From NCBI GenBank assembly GCA_027858435.1, contig JAQICS010000015.1, forward strand, positions 1-44,553: 44,553 bases of DNA, in the 5' to 3' direction. Below, one piece after another: positions 39,889-44,553 of this stretch; positions within the stretch are counted from its first letter, which is position 1, and every line of letters starts with the position of its first letter. This DNA is from Patescibacteria group bacterium (GTDB taxonomy: Bacteria > Patescibacteriota > Patescibacteriia > Patescibacteriales > UBA12465). A model generated the notes under the pieces. The model made no database searches and had not been told where the DNA came from. It saw nothing but the letters and a program-made list of their open reading frames with translations. The position numbers and the translations under genes are program-made.

Positions 39889-39922
39889 AAAAAGAGTTAG
39901 TATTATACTAGTTCTTTTTTTT
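39889..39922 (+). terminator. Terminator after the tRNA-Glu fragment
   Basis: aaaaagagttagta/tactagttcttttt stem plus T tract. Confidence 0.6.
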
Positions 39923-40043
39923 AAATAATGTTTAGAGATATCTCATCTTTACCAAAATTCCTCTGAAAATCAATAAGTTTTTAACAAATATTGATCAAGG
40001 TAGGTATGAGCAGGCCAGATGCACAGTGTTATATTTATGTAAT

Positions 40044-40322
40044 TTAATCTAATTTTGTTTCAACTGCAATAACATCTGTCAGTGCTGTGAATTTGTGATA
40101 AATATTTGGGGGTATTGTAATTTTTTTTGGTGCCGTAACGTGGTGAGTTTCTGTACCAACGATTAGCTCCACTTCCCCTTTTATTACAAATACTACATCT
40201 GGATAATCGTGTTCATGATCAGAAGCAACGGCACCTTTTTCTCCACAAAAAAAATAAACATTGTCACAATCATATGCAACAAATCCTTTACCTTCATCAA
40301 TTTTTTCTATTTCTTCAAACAT
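40044..40322 (-). CDS. Small cupin-domain protein
   Basis: HEHDYPD...VIKGEV...IPPNIYHKF. Confidence 0.85.
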   Translation of the reverse strand: MFEEIEKIDEGKGFVAYDCDNVYFFCGEKGAVASDHEHDYPDVVFVIKGEVELIVGTETHHVTAPKKITIPPNIYHKFTALTDVIAVETKLD

Positions 40323-40356
40323 ATTTATGTAGATAAAAATTAAATTAAATTACTTC

Positions 40357-40531
40357 AGTTAACACTTTCACATGATGCAAAGTTTTTATTTTTCTTCCTT
40401 ACTAATTATTGTAAAAAAAGAAATTTAGATGAAAGAAATTTATACTCCTTATTATTCTTTTTCTAAAATGATAGCGTAAGAGAAAGTTTATATTATCTAA
40501 ATTTCTAGAACCGCATATTTAGGTGTTAGGC
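40357..40531 (-). other. attC-like site (long, degenerate)
   Basis: Minus strand GCCTAAC at the MFS gene end, GTTAACT ~170 bp on; imperfect complementary arms. Confidence 0.4.
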
Positions 40532-41091
40532 GTAGTTTTATTTTTTCTCGTAGCAAAATATAATTGCGCTTGTGTTAGAGTTGCGCTTACTTGGACTACA
40601 AACATTGTAAAAAATAGAATTTTAAATCCCCATTGATTTACTATTAATGTTCCAATAAATGAAGCAACTCCTACGGCTAAAAAAGCGCCTCCACCTTCAA
40701 ATCCCCATTGTTCACCTTCTTTACCTTTTTGAACATACTTAGCAAACAAAGCGGTTAACGGTGCTGATAAACAGGCTGTTCCGAGTGCAAATACTACTTG
40801 TAGAAAAAATAATTGCCATGGACTGGATATCATTAAATACAAAAGACTACCTAAAGCATAAAATCCGTATCCAAAAATTGTAATAAGTTCTTTGTTAAAC
40901 CTGTCAGACAATTTACCAACTATTATCATTAACACTCCTGTGCACACACTAAAAACCGTGACTGTAAAACCAATGTCTAATAAACTACCGCCAATTTTTT
41001 CAACAAACACGGCATAAAATGGTCCAATTAAGTTATCACCAAAATTTGCCATCAAACTGGCACTTAATAATATTTTGTATCCTTTTTTCAT
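40519..41091 (-). CDS. Half-size (6-TM) MFS transporter
   Basis: MFS motif A (GKLSDRFN); six hydrophobic helices; 190 aa. Confidence 0.8.
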   Translation of the reverse strand: MKKGYKILLSASLMANFGDNLIGPFYAVFVEKIGGSLLDIGFTVTVFSVCTGVLMIIVGKLSDRFNKELITIFGYGFYALGSLLYLMISSPWQLFFLQVVFALGTACLSAPLTALFAKYVQKGKEGEQWGFEGGGAFLAVGVASFIGTLIVNQWGFKILFFTMFVVQVSATLTQAQLYFATRKNKTTPNT

Positions 41092-41134
41092 ATTAAGGAG
41101 ATTTAAAATTTTATTTTACTTTCCGAGAAAAAAA

Positions 41135-41770
41135 TTATTTCGTTAATAATTGGTAAATATTTTTTTTATTAAAATCTATTTGGAAAAATTTTTTAAATAA
41201 TATCTTAAATTCTTTTTCATTGATATTTTTCTTAAAACTTTTCACAAAATTTATAAAATTATTTTTGCCTTTATAGTTAATTAATTTATCTACCAATAAA
41301 TAGCTGTAGCTAAACAATGATCTGTCAAATTGATAATGACAGGAAATAAGCCTACCCACTTTATCTACATCAATAACTTCTTGGTATTTTTGCCCAGCAA
41401 GATAACAGGCAAGCCCTTCATTTATCCAAGATGGCAATGTACCACCCGTAGCCTGTAAAAAGAAAAAATGTGAGAGCTCATGTTTTAAAATTTTTTGAAA
41501 ATCTTTTTTTTGGAAAACGGATTCGGATTCAAATTTTTCTGGTTCAAGAATGAATAAAAATTTTTCTCTCCAGAACCAAGCAACTAATTTTTTATCAGTT
41601 TTTTGTTCTCTTATATAATCTATTTCACTTCTTGACTTTAACAAAAATAATAATGGTTTATATTTTATTTTATAATCCCAAAAAATTTCCAAATCTTTAA
41701 TGTGGTTATTTAAAATAACTTGAATTGACTTTTTACTATCATTAAATTTTTCAACTTTTAATACTGTCAT
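41135..41770 (-). CDS. Peptidase MA (gluzincin)-like protein
   Basis: HELSH...PSWINEGLA. Confidence 0.75.
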   Translation of the reverse strand: MTVLKVEKFNDSKKSIQVILNNHIKDLEIFWDYKIKYKPLLFLLKSRSEIDYIREQKTDKKLVAWFWREKFLFILEPEKFESESVFQKKDFQKILKHELSHFFFLQATGGTLPSWINEGLACYLAGQKYQEVIDVDKVGRLISCHYQFDRSLFSYSYLLVDKLINYKGKNNFINFVKSFKKNINEKEFKILFKKFFQIDFNKKNIYQLLTK

Positions 41771-41790
41771 AAATAACTTTTTATTATTTA

Positions 41791-41889
41791 AGATAATGTC
41801 AGGGAGATACGAAGTTTTCTGAAGCGTAGTTGAAGAAAATTTGGGTGAGGTCTTTCAGAAAAGACCGAATCTGATACGCGCTGTTAGTT
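41791..41889 (-). other. attC-like site
   Basis: Minus strand AACTAAC...ATTATCT (GTT degenerate); imperfect arms and two internal hairpins; 99 bp. Confidence 0.5.
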
Positions 41890-41936
41890 GATGTAAATAA
41901 ATTCGCGAGCGATAGCGAGCATCGTTCGAGCAAATT

Positions 41937-43412
41937 TTATATTTTAAATTCTGGAACAGAATTTGTTTTCATTATTTCTTGTTCTTTATTTTTAGTAATA
42001 TTATATAAATACAAACCATAACTATCTTTTTCTAATTGTTTAGAGTAGATCAAATAGTTATCATCTAAAAATTCTACATTATAAATCTGATCGTTGTGGT
42101 CATTTAGTTTTTCAATAGCGAAATAATTTTTATTATTTAAGTTTGCAATATCTACTTTATCTCCGAAATTAAATTCATCAACAAAATATTTTGTGTCTTC
42201 AAGTCTTTTATATGCACTATAGGCTATAATAAAATGGCCATTATCTTTTTTTATTATATCATCGATCAATATTTGTGTGTCATATTTTCTTGCTTCTTGT
42301 TTAAAGCTGTCAAAAATTTCCCATTGTTTATTTTGTTTTTCGTCAAAATAATAAATTGAGTTTCCTGCAATTGGCGCAGGAGCACTTTGTTCTAAAACAA
42401 AACCACCATCATCAAGCCAAAATATTTTCTCCGGTTGCCAATTTAACTTTTCTTGGTCCCAAGCTTGCATGTCAAGGTTAAAAGTATTTTGTTGTCTGAA
42501 TTTTTCGGTAAAAAAATCGGATTCATTAATCTCGGAAAAGCGAGGTGTTTCCCAAAGTCCCGAACATTCTGGTGCCCATCTTTTTTGCCAATAATTCATT
42601 ATAGCGCCATCAGAACTAATGCTTCTTATTCCAATTTTGGAGCTATCTATTTCTTCTTGTGTTATACAAAGATAATCACCTGTCCATTTTCCATTTTCAT
42701 CTATTATTTTATCCAGATCTGATTCTTTGATGAAAAATTCATCATTTGAGCCGAATAATTTTTTAGAACTTTCAGCGTCACCATCAACATTGATTGTCCA
42801 AATTTCTCCATCAGATAACTTTTTTGTTGTTGGATTATATATTCTCCTGACGTAAGCAATCTTGCTATTATCTGGGAAAATTATTGGATTAAACGAAGCC
42901 ATGTTATTCTTTTCTGTGAGCCTAACTATGTCTCCGCTCGCTATATTTTTTAAATATATATCTGAATTACCCTCAAAACCACCTTCTTTTAGTGTGTAGA
43001 CAATAAATTCTTGATCTTTAGACAAATCAAAATCTAAAATATCATTTGAGCTTAGAATAATATTTTTTTCAGTGGTACTTGGGGTATACAATATTAAATT
43101 ATTGTCGGTTTTGTATAATATTTTTTTCGTTATTTTTTCGATTGTGGTATGTATTTGTGGCTCGTCTTGTGTTTGAATTATTTCTTTATTACTGGTTTCA
43201 GAAATTATATTTTCCAAATTTTTAGGTTCTTGGTTTAAATTTTGCGAATTCCAAACATTTACACTAATAACAGTTGCAATAATTAAAAACAGAACTACAC
43301 CAATTAAAACCCACCAAAATGATTTTTTAGATTTTAGTTGTTTTTGTTGTTGATTATCTAGAGCGGAATCTAAGTCGTTTTTAGAATCGTTTTGATTTTT
43401 TTGTTCTTCCAT
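41937..43412 (-). CDS. Membrane-anchored TolB-like beta-propeller protein
   Basis: TM helix; PD40-like repeats (LSKDQEFIVY, FPDNSKIAYV, IWTINVDG). Confidence 0.7.
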   Translation of the reverse strand: MEEQKNQNDSKNDLDSALDNQQQKQLKSKKSFWWVLIGVVLFLIIATVISVNVWNSQNLNQEPKNLENIISETSNKEIIQTQDEPQIHTTIEKITKKILYKTDNNLILYTPSTTEKNIILSSNDILDFDLSKDQEFIVYTLKEGGFEGNSDIYLKNIASGDIVRLTEKNNMASFNPIIFPDNSKIAYVRRIYNPTTKKLSDGEIWTINVDGDAESSKKLFGSNDEFFIKESDLDKIIDENGKWTGDYLCITQEEIDSSKIGIRSISSDGAIMNYWQKRWAPECSGLWETPRFSEINESDFFTEKFRQQNTFNLDMQAWDQEKLNWQPEKIFWLDDGGFVLEQSAPAPIAGNSIYYFDEKQNKQWEIFDSFKQEARKYDTQILIDDIIKKDNGHFIIAYSAYKRLEDTKYFVDEFNFGDKVDIANLNNKNYFAIEKLNDHNDQIYNVEFLDDNYLIYSKQLEKDSYGLYLYNITKNKEQEIMKTNSVPEFKI

Positions 43413-43486
43413 ATTGTTTGAATTTTAAAATATAAATTTTTTCTTATTAATTTTTCAGAATTAACCGAAAAGAATTTATTTATTTT

Positions 43487-43578
43487 AGCTAACTTTAAAA
43501 CATGTAATAAGTTGCGATTGTAAGGAGTGATTTAGACTGAGAGACTGTAAGACTTGAACCTCATATTTTTTGTTAGTG
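43487..43578 (-). other. attC-like site
   Basis: Minus strand CACTAAC...GTTAGCT; arms aaaacatg/catatttt; 92 bp. Confidence 0.5.
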
Positions 43579-43634
43579 AGCGTGATTGAAGTACAAGCGA
43601 AAGTGTAACTTCCCCCCTGAGTTTGCTTAAGGTT

Positions 43635-44216
43635 TTATTCTTTTAATCCGGTTTTATAAATTTTTTCTAACCATTCTTTTCTTTGTTTTTCAGAAGACAT
43701 TTTTACAGATCCAAAATAGTTTTTGTAAACTGGTTTTATGCCACAAAAATTCATACTACCTTTCATCATTTTAAATCCTGGATCACCAATAAACCACTTA
43801 TAATACCAAGGAGGCGAATCCATAGTTACAATAACACGAGCAGATTTATCTGAAAGTAGCTTATCCCATTTTGGTAATATTCCTGTTGATTTTTGATATT
43901 TAAAAGCAAATCCAGAATGAAAAATAATTTCAAAAAATACTTTAAGTAATGCAGGAGGAGTTGCCCACCAAGTTGGATAGGCGAAAACTAAATGATTTGC
44001 CCAAGTAATTAACTTTTGAGCTTCCAATAAATCTGCAGATAACTTTGGATTTTCCTTATGTTCATATTTTATAAATTTCTCTAAATCTAAATCAGTTAAA
44101 GATAAAATCTCGGCTTCATTTTTAGATTTATTTACACCTTCAAGATATTTATCTGCAAGAGCATTGCAAAAACTATTTTCTTTAGGATGTGCTTTTATTA
44201 AAAGTATTTTTCTCAT
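43635..44216 (-). CDS. Flavodoxin-fold NAD(P)H dehydrogenase (quinone)
   Basis: AHPKENSFCNAL, WANHLVFAYPTWW...PALLK. Confidence 0.9.
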   Translation of the reverse strand: MRKILLIKAHPKENSFCNALADKYLEGVNKSKNEAEILSLTDLDLEKFIKYEHKENPKLSADLLEAQKLITWANHLVFAYPTWWATPPALLKVFFEIIFHSGFAFKYQKSTGILPKWDKLLSDKSARVIVTMDSPPWYYKWFIGDPGFKMMKGSMNFCGIKPVYKNYFGSVKMSSEKQRKEWLEKIYKTGLKE

Positions 44217-44282
44217 AACAATTATTAATGATAAAATTTATAAAATTATCCTTTTTGCTCTTAAAAATCTCAAGTAAATTTC

Positions 44283-44379
44283 ACATAACGTTAGTAATAA
44301 TTGGAGTTCAGAAGACTGAAGGTCAAGGAATTTGGGAAAATCATGAGTTGAAGGATTTTCCAATTATCACTTATTAGGC
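44283..44379 (-). other. attC-like site
   Basis: Plus strand ACATAAC...ATTAGGC enclosing 13-bp arms agtaataattgga/tccaattatcact (one mismatch); 97 bp. Confidence 0.55.
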
Positions 44380-44471
44380 GAGGGTTTATTTCACTTACAT
44401 TACTAATTATAATTGATTTTAAAACAAAATAAAAGCGCAGCGTCCCCTTGAGTTGTGCTAATTCTTTCCTT

Positions 44472-44553
44472 TTAATCGATAAATTTAAAACTGTTGATTA
44501 TGGAATTAAAAATTGTTTCATAATCATTTTTTTTGTCATCAGAGTATGAAAAA
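44472..44553 (-). CDS. C-terminus of a gene running off the window (PsbP-like tail)
   Basis: FSYSDDKKNDYETIFNSIINSFKFID*. Confidence 0.55.
   Translation of the reverse strand, partial: FSYSDDKKNDYETIFNSIINSFKFID

Larger units (their letters stand above)
31076..39893. mobile_element. Genomic island at the tRNA-Glu 3' end (copper/redox cargo, no integrase)
   Basis: 52-bp direct repeats at 31076-31127 and 39842-39893 (4 mismatches, last 31 bp identical). Confidence 0.75.

Overview
A 44.5-kb, very AT-rich bacterial window. Gene content and style (few Shine-Dalgarno sites, CPR-type hypothetical proteins, TGA used as a stop) suggest a Patescibacteria/CPR genome read with code 11; this taxonomy is inferred. 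Left part (1-31.1 kb): the right end of an ISL3 element, a Fic gene whose promoter is tiled by four 11-bp repeats, a lexA/umuD-like + umuC-like cassette with an SOS-box candidate, tRNA-Thr, a TPR gene broken by one in-frame TAA, tpiA, an M23 peptidase and gyrB. A ~13-kb minus-strand run follows, with a membrane-anchored Clp ATPase, a WecA-QueH fusion, intact pgk and three apparent pseudoenzymes (HtrA, enolase, iPGM). Next come a CIRCE-controlled ClpB carrying a ClpP-docking IGF loop, then def, dedA and fmt. Middle part (31.1-39.9 kb): an integrase-less 8.8-kb copper/thiol-redox island flanked by 52-bp direct repeats of the tRNA-Glu 3' end. It ends in a chimeric tRNA-Lys::tRNA-Glu, and its BlaI/M56 pair has two matching operators. 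Right part (40-44.5 kb): co-oriented accessory genes separated by degenerate attC-like hairpins, consistent with an integron-type cassette array; no integrase is visible. All calls come from motif recognition by eye, with no database searches.
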